Made by a program: the position numbers and the translations under genes. Positions 39,866 to 49,222 of a DNA stretch of 64,000 nucleotides are shown piece after piece; positions within the stretch are counted from its first letter, which is position 1; each line of letters opens with the position of its first letter. The stretch lies in contig JBGVFO010000167.1 of the NCBI GenBank assembly GCA_045121195.1, positions 26,015 to 90,014 of the forward strand, in the 5' to 3' direction. The notes under the pieces were generated by a model. That model had not been told where the DNA came from. It worked only from the letters and a program-made list of their open reading frames with translations, and made no database searches. Source of the DNA: Eubacteriales bacterium (GTDB taxonomy: Bacteria; Bacillota; Clostridia; Oscillospirales; CAG-272).

Positions 39866-41281
39866 ATGCAAAACGTAACACTTCTTGCCGCAGGCCTTTC
39901 CCCCTCGTGGGTCGCAGTTATCTGCGTGATCGCTGTGGTCATTTTCACCGGTATTATCCTGGTCGTTTCCCGATATAAGAAATGTCCCTCGGATAAGATC
40001 ATGGTCATCTACGGTAACGTAGGTACCAACAAGGACGGTACGTCCCGTTCCGCCAAGTGTATTCACGGTGGCGCGGCGTTTATCGTTCCCGTGGTTCAGG
40101 CGTACGAGTATCTGGACCTGACCCCTCTTTCCATCAGCGTTGACCTTAAGAGTGCGCTGTCCCGCCAGAATATCCGTGTAGACGTTCCTTCCAGCTTTAC
40201 GGTAGGTATCTCCACCGAGCCCGGCGTGATGCAGAACGCGGCGGAGCGTCTTCTTGGTCTTAAGATGACTGAGATCCAGGAGCTTGCCAAGGATATCATC
40301 TTCGGTCAGCTTCGTCTGGTTATTGCGACTATGGACATCGAGGAGATCAATACCGACCGTGATAAGTTTCTTGACGCGGTTTCGGGCAACGTGGAATCCG
40401 AGCTGAAGAAGATCGGTCTGCGTCTGATCAACGTAAACGTAACCGATATTAACGACGAGAGCGGATACATCGCCGCCCTCGGTAAGGAAGCCGCCGCAAA
40501 GGCGATCAACGATGCGAAGGTATCGGTTGCCGAGGCAGACAGAAACGGTGCCATCGGTGCCGCAAACGCAGAAAAAGAGCAGAGAATCGACGTGTCCCGT
40601 TCCAACTCTGAGGCAATCAAGGGTGAGAATGAGGCAAAGGTTGCCATCGCCGAGTCGGAAGCCGTTCGCCGTGAGCGTGAGGCAGAGGCACTCAAGCGCG
40701 CAACCGCCGCCGAGAATATTCAGAGCGCAAAGGCGCAGGAAGAGTCCTACGCCGCACAACAGGCAGCCGAGGAAGCGCGTGCCAGCCTTGAGAGAGCAAA
40801 GCTGGAGGCAGACGTGCTTGTTAAGGCGGAGATCCGCAAGAAGGAGATCGAGCTTCAGGCAGAGGCAGAGGCAGAAGAGACCCGTCGCCGTGCCAAGGGT
40901 GAAGCCGACGCTATCATCATGAAGATGCAGGCAGAGGCACAGGGTATCCGCGAGATGCTGACCAAGCAGGCAGAGGGTCTTGCCGAGGTCGTCAAGGCTT
41001 CGGGCGGCGACGCCAACGACGCGGTTCGCCTGATGGTTGCCGATAAGCTTGAGGAGCTGACCAAGATCCAGGTTGAGGCGATCTCGAACCTCAAGATCGA
41101 CAAGATCACGGTTTGGGACAACGGAAAGGGCGAGAACGGTAAGACGACCACCGCCAACTTCCTTTCGGGTATGATGCAGTCGGTTCCCCCCATGCAGGAG
41201 GTCTTCGACCTTGCGGGCATGAAGCTTCCCGAGTATTTGGGTAAGAACAAGGACGAGAGCGCGCCTGCTGACGCCGAATAA
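39866..41281 (+). CDS. flotillin-family SPFH-domain protein (FloT/YuaG-like)
   Basis: N-terminal TM helix, SPFH/band-7 domain, and a long EA-rich coiled-coil (AEAEAEETRRRAKGEADA). Confidence 0.85.
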   Translation: MQNVTLLAAGLSPSWVAVICVIAVVIFTGIILVVSRYKKCPSDKIMVIYGNVGTNKDGTSRSAKCIHGGAAFIVPVVQAYEYLDLTPLSISVDLKSALSRQNIRVDVPSSFTVGISTEPGVMQNAAERLLGLKMTEIQELAKDIIFGQLRLVIATMDIEEINTDRDKFLDAVSGNVESELKKIGLRLINVNVTDINDESGYIAALGKEAAAKAINDAKVSVAEADRNGAIGAANAEKEQRIDVSRSNSEAIKGENEAKVAIAESEAVRREREAEALKRATAAENIQSAKAQEESYAAQQAAEEARASLERAKLEADVLVKAEIRKKEIELQAEAEAEETRRRAKGEADAIIMKMQAEAQGIREMLTKQAEGLAEVVKASGGDANDAVRLMVADKLEELTKIQVEAISNLKIDKITVWDNGKGENGKTTTANFLSGMMQSVPPMQEVFDLAGMKLPEYLGKNKDESAPADAE

Positions 41282-41299
41282 AATTCATAGGTTCAAAAT

Positions 41300-41331
41300 C
41301 GGGTCGGGAAGCTCGGCTTCCCGACTTTTTC
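41300..41331 (+). terminator. rho-independent terminator after flotillin gene
   Basis: GTCGGGAAGCtcggCTTCCCGAC followed by TTTTT. Confidence 0.75.
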
Positions 41332-41423
41332 TACCAATAGTTTATTAACATCAACGAATGGGTGATTGACTTTAGGCGGACGGTGTGGTACAATAGGAGT
41401 AACCAAACAGAACGGGGGACAAT

Positions 41424-42110
41424 ATGAAGAATTACAAATCGAACATCAATTATTTCAAAAAGTGGGAAGGGCTTAAAACTCTTGGTCTCGGAATGCTGAT
41501 TGTTGGTTTTGCTTGCCTTTGGCTGGCACGAACCTACTTTATGTGGATCGCAGGCGGCGCCATTCTTACAGCAGGTGTTATCGTTTTCCTGCTCGGCAAC
41601 ATCGGACGCTCTACCGAGGAAGAGATCGTAGCGGAGATCAAGCGGCGCTCCGAGGGAATCGAATTTCCCGAGGTGGAGAAGGAGCGCTATTTCTATACCA
41701 GAGTCCCTGCAAAGCCTGAGATCCTGGAGTTTTCCGGCTTCGTGCTTTCCGAGGGATTGCTCTTGAAAAAGATGAAGAACGGAAGCATCTGCTCCTCCGA
41801 ATATCGCGTAGGACGCGTATTTTTGCTGACCGATGCCTTTTACGCGAAAACGAGAACCTTTTCCTTGGTTTCCGACGTTTGCGAGGAGGAGACTCTTGAG
41901 ATCCCCTTTGCATCCGTAGAGGAGGTTGCTGTTCTCCGTGAGAGCAAGGAGCTGCCCTGCGGAAAAAGGATCTTTTCCGTGAAGCCCTGTCATCTTGTGA
42001 TCGTATTTGACGGTGGAAAGAAGCTGTACCTGCCCGCGTCCGACGACGTATACGTAGACGAGCTTGCCGAGCGGCTGAAAAAGCTTACCTCCACCGCGAA
42101 AGGTGAATAA
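41424..42110 (+). CDS. hypothetical membrane protein
   Basis: Two N-terminal TM helices then a soluble domain; no recognised motif. Followed by a terminator at 42117-42150. Confidence 0.4.
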   Translation: MKNYKSNINYFKKWEGLKTLGLGMLIVGFACLWLARTYFMWIAGGAILTAGVIVFLLGNIGRSTEEEIVAEIKRRSEGIEFPEVEKERYFYTRVPAKPEILEFSGFVLSEGLLLKKMKNGSICSSEYRVGRVFLLTDAFYAKTRTFSLVSDVCEEETLEIPFASVEEVAVLRESKELPCGKRIFSVKPCHLVIVFDGGKKLYLPASDDVYVDELAERLKKLTSTAKGE

Positions 42111-42264
42111 AAAAAGCCAAAGGCTGTTGCGAGAGCAACGGCCTTTTTTTGTATTCAAAACTTGACAATACGGCGCTCGCGCGGTATAATAAAAAGAGAG
42201 AAATTTTCCCGTTACCGACGGCTTTTTCGGTCAATACTCAAGAGAGAAAACAGGAGGATATACT

Positions 42265-42957
42265 ATGACCTACGTTATGTCTGATATTCACGGAAACTAC
42301 AGCGCGTTTAAGCAAATGCTGAAGGAGATAAACTTTACCGACGACGATCTGCTTTATATTGTAGGGGATCTTGTGGACTACGGCTCCGAGTCTATGGAGC
42401 TTTTGTGCGACGTCAGTATGCGGGCGAACGTGTACGCCATCGTAGGCGACCACGATTTTGAGGCGCTCCGTATGCTTTCGGGCTTTGCCAAGATGCTGGA
42501 GAGCGGCGCGGCACCCGATCCCGCCTTTGCCGCCTCCATGAAGGAATGGGTGAATGACGGCGGTGCCGCGACCCTCGAGGGCTTCCGTGCCCTTGACGCC
42601 GATATGAGAGAGGGGGTTCTTGACTATCTTTCCGATATGGCGCTGTTTGAGGAGATCACGGTCAAGGACACCGACTATATCCTTGTTCACGCGGGCATCC
42701 GCAACTTTACCGAGGACACGGTTCTCGACGATCTTTCCCCCGCGGATCTTATTTACGAGAGTCTTGATCCCGAGAAGGAATACTATGAGGACAAAACCGT
42801 CATCGCGGGTCATATTCACACCAACGAGCTACCCGACGCCGACCCCGATATGATCTATTACGGAAACGGCACCATCTTTATGGATTGCGGCTCGGATAAG
42901 AACGGCACCCTCGGTTGCCTTTGCCTTGATAACGGAAAGGAATACTATGTTCGCTAA
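42265..42957 (+). CDS. calcineurin-like metallophosphoesterase (Ser/Thr phosphatase / ApaH-like)
   Basis: MSDIHGNY and GDLVDYG, then GDHD and a later GHIH motif: the canonical MPP motif series. Confidence 0.7.
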   Translation: MTYVMSDIHGNYSAFKQMLKEINFTDDDLLYIVGDLVDYGSESMELLCDVSMRANVYAIVGDHDFEALRMLSGFAKMLESGAAPDPAFAASMKEWVNDGGAATLEGFRALDADMREGVLDYLSDMALFEEITVKDTDYILVHAGIRNFTEDTVLDDLSPADLIYESLDPEKEYYEDKTVIAGHIHTNELPDADPDMIYYGNGTIFMDCGSDKNGTLGCLCLDNGKEYYVR

Positions 42958-44653
42958 GAATCAGACGGTCACGCTGGACATTACCGAGCTCAACAACCTG
43001 GGATGTGGCGTAGGCAAGCTCGACGGCATGGTCTTTTTCGTCAAGGGCGCCGTCAGCGGCGACCGTGTGGAGGCGAAGATCATCAAGGTCAATAAAAGCT
43101 ACTGCGTGGGACGCCTTGAGAAGGTGATCACGCCGTCGCCCTATCGCACCGAGGAGAACTTTTGCGATGCCCCCGAGGCGTGCGGCGGATGCGTGTACCG
43201 TCACGTGACCTACGCCCACGAGCTTGCCACAAAGCGGGACTACGTGAAAAACGCCTTTCGCAAGGCAGGGCTTGCCGACGTGACGGTTGCGGATACCCAA
43301 ACGGCGGACAACGAGAGCCGCTACCGCAATAAGGCACAGTACCCCTTTGGCACGGCAGGCGGCAAGGTGACCGTCGGCTTTTACGCGGGCAAGACCCACA
43401 AGGTCATTCCCTCGACCGATTGCGCCCTTCAGCCCGATCTCTTTGGCGAAATTTGTCGCTTCGTCTGCGATTTTGCGGATGGACGCGGCTGGAGCGTTTA
43501 TGAGGAAGAAACGGGACGGGGACTTCTCCGTCACCTGTACATAAGAGAAGGGAAGCAGACGGGGGAGATCATGGTCTGCCTTGTGGTGAACGGAAAATCC
43601 CTTCCCGATGAGGATGCCTTTGCCGCCGAGCTTGCGGCGAGATTCCCACGCGTCAAGAGCGTGATGCTCAACACCAACACCAAGAATACCAACGTAGTGC
43701 TGGGCAGGGAATACCGCACCCTGCGCGGCAACGGCTATATCGAGGACGTGCTTTGCGGAAAGCAGTTCCGTATCTCGCCCGCGTCCTTCTATCAGGTCAA
43801 TCACGACGGCGCGGAGCTGCTCTACGGCATCGCGAAGAAGCACGCCGCCCTCAAGGAAGGGGAAACTCTGCTTGATCTGTATTGCGGCATCGGTACCATC
43901 GGTATCAGTATGGCGTCGCCCGGAACCCGCCTTGTGGGCGTGGAGATCGTGCAGGCGGCGGTGGACTGCGCCAAGGAAAACGCCACCCTGAACGGACTTG
44001 CAAACGCCGACTTCCTTTGCGGCGACGCGGGGGACGCGGCAAAGCTGGTAGATTCCGCCCTTGCCCTTTGCGGCGATCCCGAGAAGACCACGGTGGTGGT
44101 GGATCCGCCCCGAAAGGGACTTGATAAGGCTCTTATCGACTATCTTGCGGACAAGCAGATGAAGAAGATCGTCTACGTGTCCTGCGACCCCGATACCCTG
44201 GCGCGCGACTGCGCCCTGTTCCGCGCTCGCGGCTACGCCATCGGCGAGGTCACGCCCGTGGATATGTTTCCCCGTACTGGACACGTTGAATCAGTAACCT
44301 GTTTGCATCGGCAAGGTGCCGTTCACCCTATGAAACTGAATCCCGCGCCCTTTGAAATGGTCAAGAACGGACAAAAAACCGTTGAGCTTCGCTTGTTCGA
44401 CGAGAATCGGCAGAGGATCAAGGTAGGCGACAGGATCGTTTTTACCAATACGGTGACGGGGGAGACCCTCGGCAAAACCGTTGTGAAGCTGCACCGCTTT
44501 GATAGCTTTGCGGAATTATACGGATCGTTGTCGCTTCTGCAATGCGGATACACGATTGAAGACGTTGACAAGGCGCACCCGTCCGATATGGAGCGGTATT
44601 ATTCTGTGGAAGAGCAGAAGCAATACGGCGTTGTAGGAATCGAGCTTTCTTGA
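42947..44653 (+). CDS. 23S rRNA (uracil-C5)-methyltransferase RlmCD/RumA-like (TRAM + 4Fe-4S + SAM MTase) fused in-frame to a C-terminal ASCH domain
   Basis: TRAM N-terminus; Cys cluster (CGGCVYRH); MTase motifs (LLDLYCGIGTIG, VVVDPPRKG) ending ...VDMFPRTGHVESV as RumA does. Continues without a stop into MKLNPAPFEMVKNGQKTVELRLFDENRQRIKVGDRIVF, an ASCH/PUA-like domain. Confidence 0.7.
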   Translation: MFAKNQTVTLDITELNNLGCGVGKLDGMVFFVKGAVSGDRVEAKIIKVNKSYCVGRLEKVITPSPYRTEENFCDAPEACGGCVYRHVTYAHELATKRDYVKNAFRKAGLADVTVADTQTADNESRYRNKAQYPFGTAGGKVTVGFYAGKTHKVIPSTDCALQPDLFGEICRFVCDFADGRGWSVYEEETGRGLLRHLYIREGKQTGEIMVCLVVNGKSLPDEDAFAAELAARFPRVKSVMLNTNTKNTNVVLGREYRTLRGNGYIEDVLCGKQFRISPASFYQVNHDGAELLYGIAKKHAALKEGETLLDLYCGIGTIGISMASPGTRLVGVEIVQAAVDCAKENATLNGLANADFLCGDAGDAAKLVDSALALCGDPEKTTVVVDPPRKGLDKALIDYLADKQMKKIVYVSCDPDTLARDCALFRARGYAIGEVTPVDMFPRTGHVESVTCLHRQGAVHPMKLNPAPFEMVKNGQKTVELRLFDENRQRIKVGDRIVFTNTVTGETLGKTVVKLHRFDSFAELYGSLSLLQCGYTIEDVDKAHPSDMERYYSVEEQKQYGVVGIELS

Positions 44654-44703
44654 CGCAGCGCTGTATAACGAGAGTGATATAAATACAAGACAAGGAGAAA
44701 ATC

Positions 44704-45033
44704 ATGGTATCTCTATTCGCCACCCTGCCCATCGGCATTTTGATCATGGTATTCGGCATCTTGAATATGACGGGGAATATATCGTCCCTCCACTCGTATC
44801 ACAGACACCGCGTGACCGAGGAGGATCGCAAGCCCTTCGGCAAGCGCGTGGGGCTGGGCACGCTGATTTGCGGCGCTTCCGTGCTGATCTACGGCGTGAT
44901 CGCCTTTCTCGGTGAAACCCTTGACAAGAAGGTCCTTGTCCTTGTTGGTGCCGCACTCCTTTTTGTCGGCATTGCCGTAGGGGCGGCGATCAGTCTTCTT
45001 GCTATTAAAAAATACAATAAGGGGATCTTTTAA
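44704..45033 (+). CDS. small membrane protein (DUF3784-like, from memory)
   Basis: 109 aa, three hydrophobic helices, charged loop HSYHRHRVTEEDRKPFGKR. Confidence 0.4.
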   Translation: MVSLFATLPIGILIMVFGILNMTGNISSLHSYHRHRVTEEDRKPFGKRVGLGTLICGASVLIYGVIAFLGETLDKKVLVLVGAALLFVGIAVGAAISLLAIKKYNKGIF

Positions 45034-45042
45034 GGAACCGTT

Positions 45043-45525
45043 GTGAACTACATAATCAGAGAAATCGAACATAAGGATAATAAGCAGGTGGAGTCGGTCA
45101 TCCGCACCTGCCTCATTGAGTTTGGCGCCAATCACGAGGGTACCGCGTGGGCGGATCCCGATCTTGGGCGGTTTTCCGAGATCTACAACACCGAGGGCAA
45201 TCGGTATTTCGTGGCGGAGGACGGGGACGGAAACATCGTCGGCGGCGTCGGCATCGGCGGCAGAGGCTTTCCCGAGGGGCTCTGCGAGCTACAGAAAATG
45301 TACTGCCTGCCCGCCGTGCGCGGAACGGGACTGTCCCATCGGCTGATGGAGATGGCGCTTGCTTATGCGGCGCGGTACTACGACCGCTGTTTTCTCGAGA
45401 CCCTGCCCAACATGATCGCGGCACAAAAATTTTACGAAAAATACGGCTTCGTTCGCACCTACGAGCCGATCATTCCCACCGAGCATTTTGCCTGTGACGT
45501 GAGATATATCAAGACCTTGAAATAA
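45043..45525 (+). CDS. GNAT family N-acetyltransferase
   Basis: Acetyl-CoA motif A region ...LPAVRGTGLSHRLMEMAL... and the C-terminal YEKYGF. Confidence 0.7.
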   Translation: MNYIIREIEHKDNKQVESVIRTCLIEFGANHEGTAWADPDLGRFSEIYNTEGNRYFVAEDGDGNIVGGVGIGGRGFPEGLCELQKMYCLPAVRGTGLSHRLMEMALAYAARYYDRCFLETLPNMIAAQKFYEKYGFVRTYEPIIPTEHFACDVRYIKTLK

Positions 45526-45545
45526 ACGGAAGGAGAGGGAAGGAA

Positions 45546-46211
45546 ATGAAGCTTTTGGCAAATGGGCTGATAAAATTTTTGGCAGGGCTGATTCTGATCG
45601 GTCTGTTGCTGTTTTTGCCCGCGTGGACCTTCTCGTATCCCAACGCTTGGCTGTTTATCGGACTTTTATTTGTTCCTATGCTCATTATGGGAATCGTTCT
45701 TTTCCTTCGCGCGCCCGATCTTCTTCGGAAGCGTCTTGACAATAAGGAAAAGGAAGCGGCGCAGAAGGGTGTCATCGCCCTTTCGGGGCTGATGTTTCCC
45801 GCGGGCTTTATCGTTTCCGCGCTGGATTTCCGCTTCGGCTGGTCGCAGGTGCCCTCTTGGTGCGTGATCGTCGCGTCGGTGGCTTTTCTTGTGGGATACG
45901 CTATGTATGCTGAGGTGATGCGCGAAAACGCCTATCTTTCCCGCACCGTGGAGGTGCAGGAGGGGCAAAAGGTGATCGAAACGGGGCTTTACGGCATCGT
46001 AAGGCACCCTATGTATCTTGCCACCCTCTTTATGTTTTTGCCCCTGCCGCTGATTCTCGGCTCCTTTCGGGGGCTGATTCCCTTTGCCCTTTATCCCGTC
46101 GTCACCGTGATCCGCATCCTAAACGAGGAAAAGGTGCTTTGCGAGGGACTTGCGGGCTACCGCGCGTATCGGGAGAAGGTCAAATACCGCTTGCTTCCGT
46201 TGATTTGGTAA
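45546..46211 (+). CDS. isoprenylcysteine carboxyl methyltransferase (ICMT)/phospholipid methyltransferase family membrane protein
   Basis: C-terminal GLYGIVRHPMYLATLFMFL..EE..L is the ICMT/PEMT family signature. 5-6 TM helices. Confidence 0.6.
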   Translation: MKLLANGLIKFLAGLILIGLLLFLPAWTFSYPNAWLFIGLLFVPMLIMGIVLFLRAPDLLRKRLDNKEKEAAQKGVIALSGLMFPAGFIVSALDFRFGWSQVPSWCVIVASVAFLVGYAMYAEVMRENAYLSRTVEVQEGQKVIETGLYGIVRHPMYLATLFMFLPLPLILGSFRGLIPFALYPVVTVIRILNEEKVLCEGLAGYRAYREKVKYRLLPLIW

Positions 46212-46221
46212 GGAGAGAGAG

Positions 46222-47064
46222 ATGAAACAAGGATATTGCGACCTTCACACCCATTCCTGTCATTCCGACGGCACCTTCACTCCCGAGGAGCTGATTGCCG
46301 AGGCGGAGCGAATCGGTCTGTCTGCTATTGCGCTGACCGACCACAACACCGTGATGGGACTGCCGTCCTTTTTGGCGGCTGCCGAAGGCTCGTCCGTTGA
46401 GGCGATCCCGGGCATTGAGATCTCTACCGAGTACGGTGAGACCGAGCTACACATTTTAGGCTTATTTATTGAAAAACAATATTACGGCGTGATCACCGAG
46501 AGAATGAAGCCCCTCGCCGAACATAAGGAGCGGAGCAACGTCGATCTGATCCGCGCCCTTTCCGAGGCAGGATACGACATCACCTACGAGGAGGTAGCGG
46601 CGCGGCTTCCCGACGGCACGTTCAACCGTTCCCACGTGGGGGAGGTGCTGACCGAAAAGGGCTATACGCCGTCCATCGCGGAGGCGTTTCGGACGGTCTT
46701 GTCCAAGGACGGGGGCTTTTACAAGCAGCCCCGTCGGTTGCCTGTATTTGAAACCATTGCGTTTTTGAAGTCCATCGGCGCCGTCGCCGTGCTGGCGCAT
46801 CCCTTTCTCAATCTTGAGGAGGACGAGCTTCGCGTTTTTCTTGCCGAGGCGGTGAAGTACGGACTTGACGGTATGGAAACTCTGTATTCCGCATACGATG
46901 CGGAAACCACGGAAAAAGCCAAGGAGATCGCCGCGGAATTCGGCATCAAGCAGAGCGGCGGCAGTGATTTCCACGGCGGACGGAAGCCCGGCGTTGCTAT
47001 GGGAACGGGCAAGGGGGACCTTGCGATCCCCACAGAGCTTGTGTCGCTGTTAAGGCAGAGATAA
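46222..47064 (+). CDS. PHP-domain phosphoesterase (TrpH/YciV-like)
   Basis: CDLHTHSCHSDG at the N-terminus, ...ALTDHNT..., AHP and a GSDFHG block: the PHP metal-binding set. Confidence 0.7.
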   Translation: MKQGYCDLHTHSCHSDGTFTPEELIAEAERIGLSAIALTDHNTVMGLPSFLAAAEGSSVEAIPGIEISTEYGETELHILGLFIEKQYYGVITERMKPLAEHKERSNVDLIRALSEAGYDITYEEVAARLPDGTFNRSHVGEVLTEKGYTPSIAEAFRTVLSKDGGFYKQPRRLPVFETIAFLKSIGAVAVLAHPFLNLEEDELRVFLAEAVKYGLDGMETLYSAYDAETTEKAKEIAAEFGIKQSGGSDFHGGRKPGVAMGTGKGDLAIPTELVSLLRQR

Positions 47065-47076
47065 GGAGAGGCAACT

Positions 47077-47523
47077 ATGGAGCTGAAGATCAAACGATTT
47101 GACGAGCTGACGGCGCGCGAGGTGTATGAGATCGCTCGGGCGCGGACAGAGGTCTTTCTGCTGGAGCAGAGGATCATCTGTCAGGACCTTGACGGCGTGG
47201 ACTACCAAAGCCTGCACTGCTTTTTCGAGCAGGACGGCAGAGTGGCGGCATATCTTCGGGCGTACCGTGCCGAGGACGGCACCGTTCGGATCGGCAGAGT
47301 CCTTTCGATCCCCCACGGAATTGGCTTGGGCACGCGCTTGATGAAGGAAGCGCTTCCTAAGATCCGAGCACTGCTGAACGGCGACGTTATTACGCTTCAT
47401 TCCCAAAAGCACGCGCAGGGCTTTTACGAAAGGCTGGGCTTTTCCGTTACCTCGGAGGAATTTTTGGAGGAGGGCGTTCCGCACGTGGCAATGACACTCG
47501 CCCCCGATCAGGAGATTTTTTGA
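47077..47523 (+). CDS. GNAT family N-acetyltransferase (ElaA-like)
   Basis: ARTEVFLLEQ...IGRVLSIPHGIGLGTRLMKEAL...FYERLGF. Confidence 0.7.
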   Translation: MELKIKRFDELTAREVYEIARARTEVFLLEQRIICQDLDGVDYQSLHCFFEQDGRVAAYLRAYRAEDGTVRIGRVLSIPHGIGLGTRLMKEALPKIRALLNGDVITLHSQKHAQGFYERLGFSVTSEEFLEEGVPHVAMTLAPDQEIF

Positions 47524-47542
47524 ATATCGGTTGGAGAAGCAA

Positions 47543-48430
47543 ATGAATACAAAAAACACCTTGAAAACTCTGATGATCGACGTCCTGTGCGCCCTTGTGG
47601 CGGGCGTTATCGTTGGTACGGCGTACTACATCTTCCAGAACAGCAACGGCTTTGCCCCGGGAGGCGTGGGCGGCTTGGCAACCATCACCCATCATCTGTT
47701 GGCGGGGAAGGTGAGCTGGTCGGCTTTGATGATTGCATTCAATCTGCCGATCTTCGTGCTTGTGAGCGCTATTGTTGATAGAAAGCTCGGCGTAATGCTC
47801 AGCCTTTACCTGTGCGTGCAATCCTTTATGCCGCAGTTTTGGGAAGCGCTCGGCGTCCGTGCGTACAGCGCGGCAAATAATGCGGAGGACTTCAACGTGG
47901 TGTTTGCTTGCATTGCGACGGGCGTGATCTCGGGCTTTGGCTTTTCCATTATGCTCAAGCATTTCGGTGCCAGCGGCGGTACCTACGGGATCTCGGCGAT
48001 GCTGAAAAAAGCAAGGCCCGAAATGAACATTGCCTATGTGTCCTTTATTATGGATGCCTCTGTGGTATTCATCGCCTTTTTCGTGTACGGAATGCGGATT
48101 ACCCCCGTTATCTGTACATTGCTCAATCTGTTTATTGCCAATATCATCGTGGATCGGGGACTCAGCGGTATCAAGAACGGCTACAAATTTGAGATCGTCA
48201 CGACGCACCCGAACGAGCTATCAAAGGAATTGATGCAAACGCTTCGTCACGGCGTCACCGAGATCCGCGTGCACGGTATGTATTCCGACACCGACAAATA
48301 TATGCTGGTCTGCATTATCAACAAACGGCAGATCGGCGAAATGATGAAGATCATCAAGAGCTATCCCGATACCTTTGCCAGCTTCCAGAAGGTAAATGAA
48401 GTGTTTGGAAATTTTAAGAGGAATATCTGA
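47543..48430 (+). CDS. YitT-family membrane protein (DUF161 core + DUF2179 C-terminal domain)
   Basis: N-terminal 5-TM region with GGxGG-type segments (PGGVGGLATI) and a C-terminal ~80-aa soluble domain (ELMQTLRHGVTEIRVHGMYSD). Confidence 0.65.
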   Translation: MNTKNTLKTLMIDVLCALVAGVIVGTAYYIFQNSNGFAPGGVGGLATITHHLLAGKVSWSALMIAFNLPIFVLVSAIVDRKLGVMLSLYLCVQSFMPQFWEALGVRAYSAANNAEDFNVVFACIATGVISGFGFSIMLKHFGASGGTYGISAMLKKARPEMNIAYVSFIMDASVVFIAFFVYGMRITPVICTLLNLFIANIIVDRGLSGIKNGYKFEIVTTHPNELSKELMQTLRHGVTEIRVHGMYSDTDKYMLVCIINKRQIGEMMKIIKSYPDTFASFQKVNEVFGNFKRNI

Positions 48431-49222
48431 ATGAAGTGGTTTTGCTATACGGTTGACGACAACATCCGCTTCTTGAAGGAAATCAACGAGCGGCGTCCGA
48501 ACAGTCTGTTTGATCATCCTTATCTTGCTATGTACAAGAGGCTACACAAGCAATTCGGACTTCACGTTCAACTGAATCTGTTTTATCAATGTCCCGATTT
48601 CGATCTATCGGAGATGACCGACCGCTATCGTGACGAATGGGCGGCAAACGCCCATTGGCTGAAGCTTTCCTTCCACTCGCGGTGTGAGAGCGCACGCCCG
48701 TACGAGAAGGCGGGCTATGACGAGGTCTTTGCTGATTGCGGAGCGGTTCACCGCGAGATCCTGCGATTTGCGGGTGCGGAAAGCCTTGCGAGGACAACGA
48801 CGGTGCACTATTGCCTTGCGACGGACGAGGGCATTGCCGCCCTTCGGGATCACGGTATCGTCGGCTTACTGGGACTCTACGGAGAGGATCAGCAACCGAA
48901 TCGTTCCTATCAAAGCACCGACGAAGAGCGCACGCGCCTGCGCGCGGGCGAAACGGTGATCTCGGGCGGCATCGCCTACGCGGGCATTGATATTATCCTG
49001 AATGGCTTTGGCAAGGACGAGATCCTTCGGCGCCTGTCGGCGCTTATGGGACGGCACCTTATCAAGGTTATGATCCATGAGCAATATTTTTATTCCGACT
49101 ATCCTCGTTACCAGCCCGAATTTGAGGAAAAGCTTTACCAAGCCTTTTCGTATCTTTCGGAAAACGGCTATGAAAGCCGATTCTTTGAGGAAACCTATGA
49201 ATCTATGGGAGGACAGCTATGA
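48431..49222 (+). CDS. hypothetical protein (no family assignable), translationally coupled to DUF2971-like gene
   Basis: Starts directly at the YitT stop; 4-nt overlap (ATGA) with the next gene. Several conserved-looking His/Asp/Glu residues. Confidence 0.4.
   Translation: MKWFCYTVDDNIRFLKEINERRPNSLFDHPYLAMYKRLHKQFGLHVQLNLFYQCPDFDLSEMTDRYRDEWAANAHWLKLSFHSRCESARPYEKAGYDEVFADCGAVHREILRFAGAESLARTTTVHYCLATDEGIAALRDHGIVGLLGLYGEDQQPNRSYQSTDEERTRLRAGETVISGGIAYAGIDIILNGFGKDEILRRLSALMGRHLIKVMIHEQYFYSDYPRYQPEFEEKLYQAFSYLSENGYESRFFEETYESMGGQL

Noticed and set aside
36577-40759. Plus-strand ORF 36577-37359 opposite rimO and minus-strand ORF 39203-40759 opposite the flotillin gene
   Set aside because: Antisense shadow ORFs within well-supported genes.
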